A DNA stretch of 64,000 nucleotides, taken from NCBI GenBank assembly GCA_963716745.1, contig OY970320.1:1728001-1792000 (forward strand), in the 5' to 3' direction. Both the position numbers and the translations under genes were made by a program. Source of the DNA: an uncultured Gemmatimonadaceae bacterium (GTDB lineage: Bacteria > Gemmatimonadota > Gemmatimonadetes > Gemmatimonadales > Gemmatimonadaceae). A model generated the notes under the pieces. That model searched no databases. It saw only the letters and a list, made by a program, of their open reading frames with translations, and was not told where the DNA came from. Below, in pieces: positions 1-9,701 of this stretch (positions within the stretch are counted from its first letter, which is position 1; every line of letters begins with the position of its first letter).

Positions 1-317
1 AGGCCGGCGGCTGGCGCATGGGAATGGATGAGAAGGCCGGCCGCGCGACGCGGTTCTACGCCGTGCTCGGCGTGTCGCTCCTCGCCGGCATGGCGATGGA
101 TTTCCTCAAACTCGATCCGATCAAGATGCTCTTCTGGAGCGCCGTGCTGAACGGCGTGCTCGCGCCGCCGCTCATCGTGATCATCCTCGCGGTGTGCAAC
201 AATCCCAGAGTGATGATGGAGCACGTGAACGGGCGCTGGCTGAATATCCTGGGCGGGGCGTGCGCGCTGGTGATGACCGTGTCGGCGGTGGCGATGATCT
301 GGTCGTTCCTGGCGTAG
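1..317 (+). CDS. NRAMP-family divalent metal transporter, C-terminal part (truncated by window)
   Basis: Hydrophobic ORF with FYAVL...LDPIKMLFWSAVLNGVLAPP...N..VM..HVNG.WLN, typical of the bacterial NRAMP-like C-terminus. Confidence 0.75.
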   Translation, partial: AGGWRMGMDEKAGRATRFYAVLGVSLLAGMAMDFLKLDPIKMLFWSAVLNGVLAPPLIVIILAVCNNPRVMMEHVNGRWLNILGGACALVMTVSAVAMIWSFLA

Positions 318-322
318 ACGCG

Positions 323-396
323 ATCCTCAATCATGTGAATCATGTAGATCCTGTCAAGAAATACTGGACAGGAGTTACATGATTTACATCATGTAG
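323..396. repeat. Inverted array of 9-nt units (ATCATGTRA/ATCCTGTCA), AT-rich hairpin
   Basis: atcatgtgaatcatgtagatcctgtc pairs with gacaggagttacatgatttacatcat; lies between convergent genes. Confidence 0.75.
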
Positions 397-398
397 TC

Positions 399-719
399 TC
401 AGTCTTCGATCTTGTTTTCTCCGGGTGGTGCGATGTAGCGATAGCTTTGCACGGGCGTACCGCCGATCAGGTGATCGCGCAGGATCTTCTCCGCGCCATG
501 CACGTCGAGTCCGGCGTACCAGATGTCGTCGGGGTAGACCACGGCCATCGGTCCGTGCCCGCACTGGCCCAAGCAGCCCGAGTGATTCACGCGCACCGTC
601 CCCTTGAGGCCGGCGTCCTTCGCGCCCTTCTTCAAGGCGGCGAACACGGCGTCGCCTCCCTGGCCGGGGCAGGTGCTTCCCGATGTGCACACGAACACGT
701 GATGTTTGAATTGTCCCAT
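399..719 (-). CDS. Thioredoxin-like [2Fe-2S] ferredoxin
   Basis: HVFVCT...C...SGCLGQCGHGP..VVYPDDIWY motif; start placed at MGQFK. Confidence 0.9.
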   Translation of the reverse strand: MGQFKHHVFVCTSGSTCPGQGGDAVFAALKKGAKDAGLKGTVRVNHSGCLGQCGHGPMAVVYPDDIWYAGLDVHGAEKILRDHLIGGTPVQSYRYIAPPGENKIED

Positions 720-732
720 TCCGGAATCTAGC

Positions 733-1101
733 ATGGCGACGTTCGACGAATTCTTGGCGATCGATATCCGCGTGGGCACCGTGCTCCGCGCGGAACCCTT
801 CCCCGCGGCGAAGAAGCCGGCGATCAAACTCGAGATCGACTTCGGCCCGGAGATCGGCGTGAAGCGATCGAGCGCGCAGCTCACGATGCATTACACGCCG
901 GCGGAATTGATCGGCCGACAGGTGCTCGGCGTGGTGAATTTCCCCGTGCGCCGCATCGCGACGTTCGATTCGGAGGTGCTCGTGCTCGGTGCGATGCCGC
1001 AGGCGACCGAGGTCATCCTGCTCGAGGTTGAGAGACCCGTCGCGAATGGTACGCGCATTCGGATGACCCACCCTCGGCACTCGGCAGTGCGGTTAGATTG
1101 A
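733..1101 (+). CDS. csaA: tRNA-binding/secretion chaperone CsaA (OB fold); true end probably ~1066 if a 1-nt insertion is removed
   Basis: DIRVGT...A.KPA.KL.IDFGPEIG.K.SSAQLT..Y..NFP...SEVLVLG. Confidence 0.88.
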   Translation: MATFDEFLAIDIRVGTVLRAEPFPAAKKPAIKLEIDFGPEIGVKRSSAQLTMHYTPAELIGRQVLGVVNFPVRRIATFDSEVLVLGAMPQATEVILLEVERPVANGTRIRMTHPRHSAVRLD

Positions 1102-1131
1102 GCCTGTAGGAACCTGCACCCGGAGTCTCGC

Positions 1132-1998
1132 ATGGCACCCGATCCTATCGCCGCGAAAGGCTATTCCCGCCCCGACATGCTCGTGTCCACCGAGTGGCTC
1201 GCGGCGCATCTCAGCGACCCGAAGCTGCGCATCATCGAGAGCGATGAGGACGTGCTGCTCTACGACACCGGGCACATCGCGGGCGCGCAGAAGGTGGACT
1301 GGCACGCCGATCTCAACGACGATCTCGTGCGCGACTACGTCGATCGCGAGCATTTCGAGAAGCTGCTGCGCGCGAAGGGTATCGACGAGACCACCCCCGT
1401 GGTGTTCTACGGCGACAAGAACAATTGGTGGGCGTGCTACGCGCTCTGGGTATTCGAGCTGTTCGGCTTCAAGAACGGAAAAGTTCTCGACGGCGGCCGC
1501 GTGAAGTGGGAGCAAGAGGGCCGTCCCTTCGTCACGGATGTGCCCAAGTATCCGGCCACGAATTACAAAGCGCCGCCGCGAGACGACGCACGCATCCGCG
1601 CGTTCCGCGACGAGGTGCTGGCGCACGCGAAGGCGGGCAAGAAGCTCATCGACGTGCGCTCGCCCGATGAGTTCACCGGCAAGAAGACGCACATGCCCGA
1701 GTATCCGCAGGAGGGCGTGCTGCGCGGCGGCCACATCCCCGGCGCGAAGAGCGTGCCGTGGGCGCGCGCCGCGAACGCCGACGGCACCTTCAAGAGCGCA
1801 TCCGAATTGCGCCAGATCTACGAGACCGAGGTCGGCCTCAAGTCCGGCGACGACGTGATCGCGTACTGCCGGATCGGCGAGCGATCGTCGCATACATGGT
1901 TCGTGCTCACGTATCTCCTCGGCTACAACAAAGTGCGCAATTACGACGGCAGTTGGACCGAGTGGGGCAACGGCGTTCGGCTCCCGGTGGAGCGGTGA
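1132..1998 (+). CDS. Tandem-domain rhodanese/thiosulfate sulfurtransferase (SseA/CysA type)
   Basis: LVSTEWL, GHIPGA, active-site [10 protein letters not shown]-terminal YDGSWTEWG. Confidence 0.95.
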   Translation: MAPDPIAAKGYSRPDMLVSTEWLAAHLSDPKLRIIESDEDVLLYDTGHIAGAQKVDWHADLNDDLVRDYVDREHFEKLLRAKGIDETTPVVFYGDKNNWWACYALWVFELFGFKNGKVLDGGRVKWEQEGRPFVTDVPKYPATNYKAPPRDDARIRAFRDEVLAHAKAGKKLIDVRSPDEFTGKKTHMPEYPQEGVLRGGHIPGAKSVPWARAANADGTFKSASELRQIYETEVGLKSGDDVIAYCRIGERSSHTWFVLTYLLGYNKVRNYDGSWTEWGNGVRLPVER

Positions 1999-2459
1999 AC
2001 GAGTTCACCAATGCCCACAAGGCGGCGCACACCGCCGAATTCAAGGTCCACACGCCGCAGGTGGTGCACACCGTGTGGTCGAAGGACCAGGAGTTCAAGT
2101 CGGGCAAACCCGGCGTGCCGCCCATGCTGATCGACTCGCACGGCAAGGCCGCGTCCGGTCCGGTGGAGACGCTGCTGGCCGCGTTCGCGACGTGCGCCGC
2201 GACGAATGTGGTGGAGATCCTCGCGAAGCGGCGCACGCCGCTCGAGAAGCTCGAAGTGGAGTCGTTCGGCACGCGCGCCGAGAGCACGCCGCGGCGGCTC
2301 GTGCACGTGCTGATGAAGTTCACCATCGACGGCAAAGGCATCGAGCGCCATCACGCGGAGCGGGCGATCGAGCTCGCCGTATTCAAGTATTGCTCCGTGG
2401 GCGCGTCGCTGGATCCGGCGATCAAGGTGGAGACGATCCTAAAGCTCAACGGCGAGTAG
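1995..2459 (+). CDS. OsmC/Ohr family protein
   Basis: [15 protein letters not shown]...KYCSVGASL two-Cys signature; GTG overlaps the upstream TGA. Confidence 0.85.
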   Translation: MNEFTNAHKAAHTAEFKVHTPQVVHTVWSKDQEFKSGKPGVPPMLIDSHGKAASGPVETLLAAFATCAATNVVEILAKRRTPLEKLEVESFGTRAESTPRRLVHVLMKFTIDGKGIERHHAERAIELAVFKYCSVGASLDPAIKVETILKLNGE

Positions 2460-2476
2460 GACCCGGCCCTACTCTC

Positions 2477-2719
2477 TCACGCCATTCCCGCGAGCCGCAG
2501 CTTCGCCATGACCTTTCGCCTGAGATCCTCCGGCGCCGTGTGCTCCACTCTGCTCTTCGCGATCGCCTCGAGGAATTCCTTCTCGAAGTCGAAATGCGGG
2601 AAGCACCCGCGGCACGATCGGAGATGGCCGCGGATCTCGGTCATGCGATCTTCGGTGAGCTCGCCGTCGAGGTAGTCCCACAGCTGCTGGATATTCTTCT
2701 CACAATCCATGTGCGTCAC
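2477..2719 (-). CDS. Zinc-finger anti-sigma factor (zf-HC2, RsrA/RshA-like)
   Basis: C...LWDYLDGEL...HLRSCRGC (HxxxCxxC)...AP..LR; directly downstream of ECF sigma. Confidence 0.9.
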   Translation of the reverse strand: MTHMDCEKNIQQLWDYLDGELTEDRMTEIRGHLRSCRGCFPHFDFEKEFLEAIAKSRVEHTAPEDLRRKVMAKLRLAGMA

Positions 2720-3320
2720 CCTCCCGGGGCGATTCCTTCGCCGCCGCGCTTACGAATCCGGCATCGCGCGCGAACTCGATGAGCGATTGCTGCAGGATCC
2801 TGCGGCCGCGGAACAATCGCGACCGTACTGTGCCGATCGGCACGCCGAGCACCCCCGCCGCTTCGTCGTAGCTCTGTCCTTCCACGTCGACTAGAACGAC
2901 CGCCGTCCGGAAGACCTCCGGCAATTCCTCCAGCGCCTTCCGGATCGCCGGCACGAGGTCGAGCCGCGAGAAGATCGCGTCGGCGTTCGACATCGCGAAC
3001 GGGGACGCTTCGCGCACCGCGGCCATCGTCTCGAGCACCGCATCATCGCCGCCGGTGTCCACCTGCCGCGCTTCGCGTTCGCGTGTGCGCAGGAAAACGT
3101 TCCGGCAGATCGTGAATAGCCAGCGCCGGCAGTCGCTGCCCGGCTCGAACGTGTGCCAGGCGCGGTACGCGCGCAGGTAGGTCTCCTGCACGAGATCGTC
3201 GGCGTCGGCCTCATCGTGCGTCATCGAGCGCGCGAACCGGTAGACGTCGTCCATCCACGGTAGCGCCTCGCGCTCGAATCGCGCGTCCTGCTCGAGCTTG
3301 GTCTCGGGACTATCCGACAC
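2700..3320 (-). CDS. ECF sigma-70 factor (SigH/SigR-like)
   Basis: FEREALPWMDDVYRFA..DADDLVQETYLRA..WLFTI; region 4 GVPIGTVRSRLFRGR. Confidence 0.93.
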   Translation of the reverse strand: MSDSPETKLEQDARFEREALPWMDDVYRFARSMTHDEADADDLVQETYLRAYRAWHTFEPGSDCRRWLFTICRNVFLRTREREARQVDTGGDDAVLETMAAVREASPFAMSNADAIFSRLDLVPAIRKALEELPEVFRTAVVLVDVEGQSYDEAAGVLGVPIGTVRSRLFRGRRILQQSLIEFARDAGFVSAAAKESPREGDAHGL

Positions 3321-3430
3321 GATTTCTCCGTACTTGCGAGAAAGTGCTTCGGCCGGTGGAGAGTTCCCGGCGGCCGACGACTTAGATTATACCCTTCTAA
3401 CGATCGAGATGCCTCGGCCGTTGTTGTTCA

Positions 3431-3557
3431 CAAAGGCAGTCATCATGTAAATCCCGTTCTTATCCTGTCATCCTGTCAAAGCAGTTACGGCTAACGACAA
3501 CTAACTGCTTTGACGGGATTGCAAGATAAGAACTTGATTAACAGGATGACTGCTTTG
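3431..3557. repeat. AT-rich imperfect inverted repeat (~57-bp arms), same 9-mer family as 323-396
   Basis: caaaggcagtcatcatgtaaatc...atcctgtcaaagcagtta pairs with taactgctttgacgggat...ttaacaggatgactgctttg. Confidence 0.85.
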
Positions 3558-3609
3558 GTGTAAAACTCTAAGTTCGTCTTGCTCGCCCCCACGCGCTAAC
3601 TTTGAATCC

Positions 3610-5085
3610 ATGACTCGAACAACCAGGATCTTACTCGCGGCGCTGATCGTCGCGCCGAGCTTCGTCGGCGCGCAGGCGAAACCGAAGGCGAAGACGCCCG
3701 CCGCGGCGCCCGCCGCGCCGGTCGTCAAGCAGCCGACGCAGCGCGAAGAACTCGAGCGGATCATCCAGCGCAAGCTGCTCGCTAATGGGCTCGAGGTGAT
3801 CGTCATCGAGAACCACGGCGTGCCGCTCGCCACGGTGGAGCTCGTCGTGAAGAACGGCGCCTTCACGCAGACGCCGGAGTACGCCGGCCTCGCGCACATG
3901 TACGAGCACATGTTCTTCAAGAGCAACGACGACTACCCGCAGCCCGATCAGTTCGTCGCGCGCGGGAGCGAACTCGGCGCCATCTACAACGCCAGCACGC
4001 GCGAAGAGGTCGTGAACTATTACCTCACCGTGCCCGCCGACTCGCTGCAGGGCGCCATGGAATTCCTTGAGGCCGCCTTCCGCGCGCCGAAGTTCCGGAA
4101 GGACGAACTCGAGCGCGAACGTCAAGTGGTGCTCGGCGAATACGACCGCCAGGAATCCAGTCCGTTCTTCCAGCTCACGCAGAAGATGGACAGCGTGATG
4201 TGGGGATCGGAGGTCTCGCGCAAGAACACCATTGGCGAGCGCAGCGTGATCGCGACCGTCACGCCGGAGAAGATGTTCGAGATCCAGAAGCGCTATTACA
4301 TCCCGAACAACGCCGCGCTGATCATCGCCGGCGATGTGGACCCCGAGACGTCGTTCCGCATGGCTGACGCGATCTTCGGCAAGCTGCCGAAAGGCGACGA
4401 CCCCAACGTGAAGTATCCGGTCCCCGATTTCCCGCCGCTCACCAAGAGCGCCGCGGTGATCGTCGAGGAGCCGGTGAACACCGTGGCCTTCCTCGTGCAG
4501 TGGCGCGGGCCGAGCGTGCAGAAGGACCCGGAATCCACGTATGCGGCCGACGTCTTCAGCGGCCTGCTGAACCAGGATGGTTCGACCTTCCAAAAACGCC
4601 TCGTGGACAGCGGACTCTGGAGCGAAGTGGTGGTGAACTACTACACGCTCAATCATGTCGGGCCGATCACGATCAGCGGCGAGACGTCGCCGGATAAACT
4701 GAAAGCGGCGGTCGCGGCGCTCTATCAGGAGATCGCGAAGTTCGACCAGCCCGGCTATTTGTCCGAACCGGAGCTCGAGCCGCAGAAACAGCAGCGCGCC
4801 GTGGGCACCGCGATGGGACTCGAGCGCGCGAGCGGTTTCGCGCACGAGCTCGGATTCTGGTGGAGCGTCGCGAGCCTCGACTACTACATGGGCTACGTGG
4901 ACAACATGGCGCGGCAGAACATCGCGGACATGCGCGCGTACGCGAAGAAGTACATCGTCGGCAAGCCGCACGTCGTAGGCGTGCTCATCGCTCCCGACGC
5001 ACGCCGATCGATCGGACTCACCGCCGCCGACGTCCTCGGCGACAGTCTCACCACCTCTTCGACCAACCCGCGGAGCCCCAAGTGA
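3610..5085 (+). CDS. M16 zinc peptidase, catalytic subunit, with signal peptide
   Basis: LANGL..GLAHMYEHMFF (HxxEH), NAST, ERQVVLGE. Confidence 0.92.
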   Translation: MTRTTRILLAALIVAPSFVGAQAKPKAKTPAAAPAAPVVKQPTQREELERIIQRKLLANGLEVIVIENHGVPLATVELVVKNGAFTQTPEYAGLAHMYEHMFFKSNDDYPQPDQFVARGSELGAIYNASTREEVVNYYLTVPADSLQGAMEFLEAAFRAPKFRKDELERERQVVLGEYDRQESSPFFQLTQKMDSVMWGSEVSRKNTIGERSVIATVTPEKMFEIQKRYYIPNNAALIIAGDVDPETSFRMADAIFGKLPKGDDPNVKYPVPDFPPLTKSAAVIVEEPVNTVAFLVQWRGPSVQKDPESTYAADVFSGLLNQDGSTFQKRLVDSGLWSEVVVNYYTLNHVGPITISGETSPDKLKAAVAALYQEIAKFDQPGYLSEPELEPQKQQRAVGTAMGLERASGFAHELGFWWSVASLDYYMGYVDNMARQNIADMRAYAKKYIVGKPHVVGVLIAPDARRSIGLTAADVLGDSLTTSSTNPRSPK

Positions 5086-6417
5086 TGCGCCGCCTCGTTC
5101 TCCTCGCCGCGACCGCGTTCGCGTCCGCGGGCCCGCTCGCTGCGCAGCAGACCCCGGCGCCGCGCGCCGGCGCACGCTTCGACACGAGTACCGTCGCGTT
5201 CGATACCGGCGGCGTGCACGTGATCCTGCGGCGCAATCCCGCCAACGATGTCGTGGCCGCCAATCTCTACTTGCTCGGCGGCGGCCAGATGGTGACGCAG
5301 GCGAACGCCGGCATCGAGCCGTTCCTGCTCTGGGTGTCGGAGCGCGGCAGCAAGAATTATTCGCAGGATGCGATGCGCACGAAGATCGCCGCGCTGGGCA
5401 GCACGATCGTGGTGGCGCCGAGTGACGATTGGACGCTGTTCGGATTCCGCGGCGTGCGCTCGACGTTCGACAGCACGTGGGCGATCTGGGCGGATAGGCT
5501 CACGGCGGGCACGCTCGACGCGCCGGACATCGAGTTCGTGCGCGACCAGATCCTCTCGGCGCTGCGGCAGCGCGACGATAATGCCGATGGCCTGGTGCAC
5601 GTGCTGGCCGACAGCGCGCGATTCGTGGGGATGCCGTACTCGATGCCGGTGGGTGGGAGCGAGAAATCGGTGTCGTCCTTCACGGCCGCGCAACTCGCGG
5701 ACTGGCGCGCGACCAAGATCATCACGTCGCGCATGCTGCTCGTGGTAGTGGGGAACATCGAGCGCGATCATCTCGCGAAGATGGTCGCGGCGACGTTCGG
5801 CAAACTGCCGCGCGGCGCGTACAAGTGGGTGCCGCCGGTCGCGACGCCGGGCGTGGGCGGGCCGGCGGTGATGGTGCAGAAGCGGCTGCCGACGAACTAC
5901 CTGCTCGGCTACTACATCGGTCCGCCGGCTTCGAGCTCGGACGCGACCGCGCTGCGCATCGCGACCGCGGTGATCGCGGGACGGTTGTTCACCGAAGTGC
6001 GCTCGCGGCGGAACCTGACGTACGACGTGGACGCGCCATTCGAGGAGCGCGCGATCACGACCGGCGGATTGTACGTGACCACCGCGTTCGCCGACTCGAC
6101 GCTGGAGATCATGCGGCGCGAGACCGAAGCGCTGAAGCGCGGCCGCCTGGACCCCGAGCAGCTCAATCTGATCGAGGAGCAGTTCATCACCGAATATTTC
6201 CTGAAGAACGAGACCAACGCCGACCAAGCCGGCCAACTCGCGCGCGCGCAGGTGTACCGGGGCGATTACCGGTACGCGGACAAGTTCGTGCTGGAGATCC
6301 ATGCGGTGTCGCCGCTGGGAGTGCAGTATGTGGCGCAGAAGTACATGAAAGGGTTTGTTTGGGCGTTTGTGGGGGATACACTCCGCGTTACGCAGGGCGA
6401 AGCTGGAGCAGTTCTGA
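5085..6417 (+). CDS. M16 peptidase non-catalytic partner subunit (open frame runs to 6512; removing one G near 6395 gives ..QAKLEQF* at 6417)
   Basis: Signal peptide, RLFTEVRSRRNLTY (R/Y pair), no HxxEH; TGATG coupling. Confidence 0.85.
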
Positions 6418-6677
6418 ACGGCGTGAGTCGCGACCTGAACGCCGTGACTCGTACCCCGAACGCCGTGAGTACCGAGTCGTGCGTCGTGGACCACGCACGG
6501 CGTGAGTCGTGACCCGTGACGCCGTGACATCGTACCCCGAACGCCGTGAGTGCACGCACGACTCACGGCGTTCGGGGTTCGACTCTCGGCGTTCGGGTTA
6601 CCAATTACGCAGTCCAGTAAGTACGACGCACGACTCGGTACTCACGGCGTTCGGGTTACGACTCACGCCCTTGGTCG
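6414..6677. repeat. Composite direct and inverted array of ~21-nt units (ccgaacgccgtgagt...)
   Basis: ~50-bp duplication (6420-6470 vs 6499-6551), perfect 18-bp hairpin 6534-6551/6561-6578, ~45-bp outer inverted repeat. Confidence 0.9.
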
Positions 6678-9512
6678 TTAGGGTGCCTTGAGCGTGACTT
6701 TCACTCCGGTTTCCATCTCGACCGTCACCGTCTTCCCCGATTGCATCAGCACTTGCTCCAGCTGTGCCACGTCCGTGATCTTCACGCCGTTCACCGTCTT
6801 GATCGCCGCGCCCCGCTTGAGTCCCGCTGCCGCCGCGGCGCTCGCGTCGTCCACCGTACCCACTCTGATCGCTCCGCTCTGCGTGCCTTGCACGTCGATC
6901 CCCCACGCGCCGATCCGAAGCGGCACTCCCACGCACGGCTCGCCGAAGATGCCCTGGTAGCTCACGCCTTCGGGCAGCTCCACCGGCTGCAGGATGCGGC
7001 GCAGGTGACCGTCGCCCACGATGCGCGATTCATCCACCGCCACGAATGCCGTGTACTGCGACACGAGATGGTACTGCACCGCGAGGTCGGTGATCGCGCG
7101 CTCGTAACCTCCGCGGTCCGCGGAGTCCGCGGCCAGCTGCTGGCTCGAAAGATCGGCGATCTTCGCGCGCGCCCACACCGGCGCCAGCGCGCCGTGCTCA
7201 CTCTCGCGCTCCGGCAGCGTCACGCGCACCGGGTACCGCACGCGCCGGCTGCCGACGCGTCCGGTCACATAGAACGTGCCCTTCGCCGGACTCGTGTACT
7301 TCGCGATCAGATTGATGGTCTGCCCGCCGAACAGATCGGGCAGCTTGGACGGATACATTTCTTCCACCGGCAGGCCGTTCCAGTCGACCGCGACATCCAC
7401 GAGCACCGGTGAATCGATCGCCTCGAACAGCATGCTCACGCCGCGATCCGCGTACGCACTGTCGCGCGGGATGAGCGCGAAGCTCTCGCCGCCGCCTTCC
7501 TGGCCGATGCCGTCAATGAGATAGCGGTTCACACTCGAGCCGATCCCGAAGCCGAAGAAACGCGCGTCGCCCCGCTCCTTCTTGATCGTCGCGAGGATGC
7601 GCGGCTCGTCGCCCACGTAGCCATCGGTCATGAAGACGTACATCTGCAGGTAGCGCGCGTCATGGTGCGCGTGCAGCGCGCGCTCGAGACCGGCGAGCAT
7701 CTCGGTGCCGCCGCCGGCGTTCAGATTCTCGAGGAACGCCTTGGCCGCCCGGATGTTCTCGTAGCTGCCGAGTTGGGCGCGTTCCCAGAGCTGCGCATTG
7801 TTGCCGGAGAAATAGACGATGTTGAAACGGTCATCCGGGCGCAGCTTGTCGAGGGAACGGATCACGACCTGCTTCGACATTTCGATCGGAATCCCCATCA
7901 TGCTGCCGCTCACGTCCATGATGAACGTGATCTCGCGCGGCGTGACCTGCTCGTCCGTCGGCTCGGCGGGCGGCTGCATCTGCAGCGTGAGGAATCCGGG
8001 GCCATTCTCGCTCTCGCGGTTCGTGATGACGCCGAACTGCGTCTCGTCGCCGGCCACGCTCCAGCGGAGAACGAAGTCGCGGTTCGGGATCGAATCGCCG
8101 GCGGCGAGATGGATCACGCGCTTGTCCGAGCTCGGGCGCGAGATCTCCACGTGATGCGCGGGCACGTTGAGCTTCGTGATCGGGAGGCCGGCGTCGAGCG
8201 TGACCGTGAGGCCAATGTCGTGGCCGCTGCGCTGGCCGGGCTTGAGGACCGGCGGCGTGATGTGGCTCGCGTCGGGCACGACGTTCGTGTTGGGACTCCA
8301 GCCGCCGCCATCGGGATTGACGGGATGCGGCGGATTGCCGGCGAGTAGACCGGGACCGGTGGCGCCGCCGGGGATGTAACGCGGCCCGACGACCATCGGC
8401 ATCACCCACTCATACTCACCGTGCTGGTACGGCAGGCGCTCGAAGTACGTGATCTTGATGTCCACGTGCCCGCCCGGCTCGATGTTCGCCACGCTCTGCG
8501 TGAAGATGTTCGGGCGCTCCTGCGTGAGGAGGCTCGCCGTCTGACCGCGCGCGATCGCCTCACGATAGATACGCTCGGCTTCGCCGCGCGGGCGCACGAT
8601 GCCGATGATCTTGCGGCCGCCGACTTCCATCATGAAGTCGTTCACCGCCGCCATCGACGGGAGCGGGAAGACATAGACCGCTTCGATCACTTCATTGAAC
8701 GGGTTCGTGTACTGCTGCGTGACCGTCGTGCGCGCGAGGTAGCCGGAGATATCCGCGTTGACGTCCGTGTGCTTGAGCGGGAATTCGCCCGCGATCTCGC
8801 CGTCGGGGCCGCGCGCGCGAAGGGTACCTTGCGTGACTGGGCCGACGTCCTGCGCCGCGTGTTGGACCGTGCGGTTCGGACCGTCGCCGCGCTTGGTCTT
8901 CACATCGCTCGTCGACTGGGCGCGTTCCATGACGACGACTTCGTCGGCGTCCTCGAGTTTGTCTTCGATCCCGTTGGAGGGTGCGTAGGCGGATTTCATC
9001 GCGGGCATCGACATCGGCGCGACGGCGCTCATCTGCATGCTCGTCGAGGACCCCGGGGAGCCGGCGCTCTGCTCGTTGATCGACATGCCGAGCTTCCCGC
9101 TTGTCGGAGTCGTACCCTCGCCGGTGACCACTACCTCGCTGAGTCGCAGCGGATTCGTCTTGAGCGTGAAGTTCTCCGTCCGCTTCTCGCCGGCGTGGAG
9201 CAGGATCTTCCGCGAGATAGGCTTGAAGCCGATCAACCGAGCCGAGAGCGTGACGGAGTCGGCGGTGATTTTCGCGGCGGGCACCGTAATGCGGTACCAA
9301 CCCTCGGAACTCGTCATCGTGCCGAGGTTCTTTCCCTCGAGGAACACGTTCACGCTATTGAGCGGCGCTCCGGCTTCGGACTGGACATTCCCTTCGATGA
9401 TCGCGGCGTTCGGATCGTGTCGCGGCTTCGACGCGACCTTTACGACATCGGCCGCGGGGAATGCGAGGAGTCCGACCATCGGGACGAGGGCGAGCGAGTA
9501 CAAGCGGCGCAT
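6678..9512 (-). CDS. Exported VIT + VWA domain protein with N-terminal carboxypeptidase-regulatory-like domain and C-terminal PDZ-like domain
   Basis: FPLKHTDV..QQYTNP..EAVYVFPLP (VIT); DVSGSM MIDAS, GGTEM, TDG (VWA); GGAGG RBS before MRRLYS. Confidence 0.9.
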   Translation of the reverse strand: MRRLYSLALVPMVGLLAFPAADVVKVASKPRHDPNAAIIEGNVQSEAGAPLNSVNVFLEGKNLGTMTSSEGWYRITVPAAKITADSVTLSARLIGFKPISRKILLHAGEKRTENFTLKTNPLRLSEVVVTGEGTTPTSGKLGMSINEQSAGSPGSSTSMQMSAVAPMSMPAMKSAYAPSNGIEDKLEDADEVVVMERAQSTSDVKTKRGDGPNRTVQHAAQDVGPVTQGTLRARGPDGEIAGEFPLKHTDVNADISGYLARTTVTQQYTNPFNEVIEAVYVFPLPSMAAVNDFMMEVGGRKIIGIVRPRGEAERIYREAIARGQTASLLTQERPNIFTQSVANIEPGGHVDIKITYFERLPYQHGEYEWVMPMVVGPRYIPGGATGPGLLAGNPPHPVNPDGGGWSPNTNVVPDASHITPPVLKPGQRSGHDIGLTVTLDAGLPITKLNVPAHHVEISRPSSDKRVIHLAAGDSIPNRDFVLRWSVAGDETQFGVITNRESENGPGFLTLQMQPPAEPTDEQVTPREITFIMDVSGSMMGIPIEMSKQVVIRSLDKLRPDDRFNIVYFSGNNAQLWERAQLGSYENIRAAKAFLENLNAGGGTEMLAGLERALHAHHDARYLQMYVFMTDGYVGDEPRILATIKKERGDARFFGFGIGSSVNRYLIDGIGQEGGGESFALIPRDSAYADRGVSMLFEAIDSPVLVDVAVDWNGLPVEEMYPSKLPDLFGGQTINLIAKYTSPAKGTFYVTGRVGSRRVRYPVRVTLPERESEHGALAPVWARAKIADLSSQQLAADSADRGGYERAITDLAVQYHLVSQYTAFVAVDESRIVGDGHLRRILQPVELPEGVSYQGIFGEPCVGVPLRIGAWGIDVQGTQSGAIRVGTVDDASAAAAAGLKRGAAIKTVNGVKITDVAQLEQVLMQSGKTVTVEMETGVKVTLKAP

Positions 9513-9701
9513 GGGAGCCTCCGGCATCTTGCCTGGTGTTCGCGGTGGCGAGATGCACACCGCGCTGGCAAGGGGACGCCGGTCATCGCGGGACTTGCAC
9601 ACGGCGACTGCCGGAGCTGGAGCGCCATACCCGCGTCACTCGTTACCCTGGCGCTTCGATGCGCCCGGCGATGGCCGCGGAATGGAGCGGCCGGACGCGC
9701 G

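Noticed and set aside
6418..6512. 7-aa repeat tail on the M16 partner subunit
   Set aside because: It is read-through into the 21-nt DNA repeat caused by a probable extra G near 6395.
6414..6677. CRISPR array
   Set aside because: Units are ~21 nt, degenerate, adjacent or inverted, with no unique 30-40-nt spacers and no cas genes.
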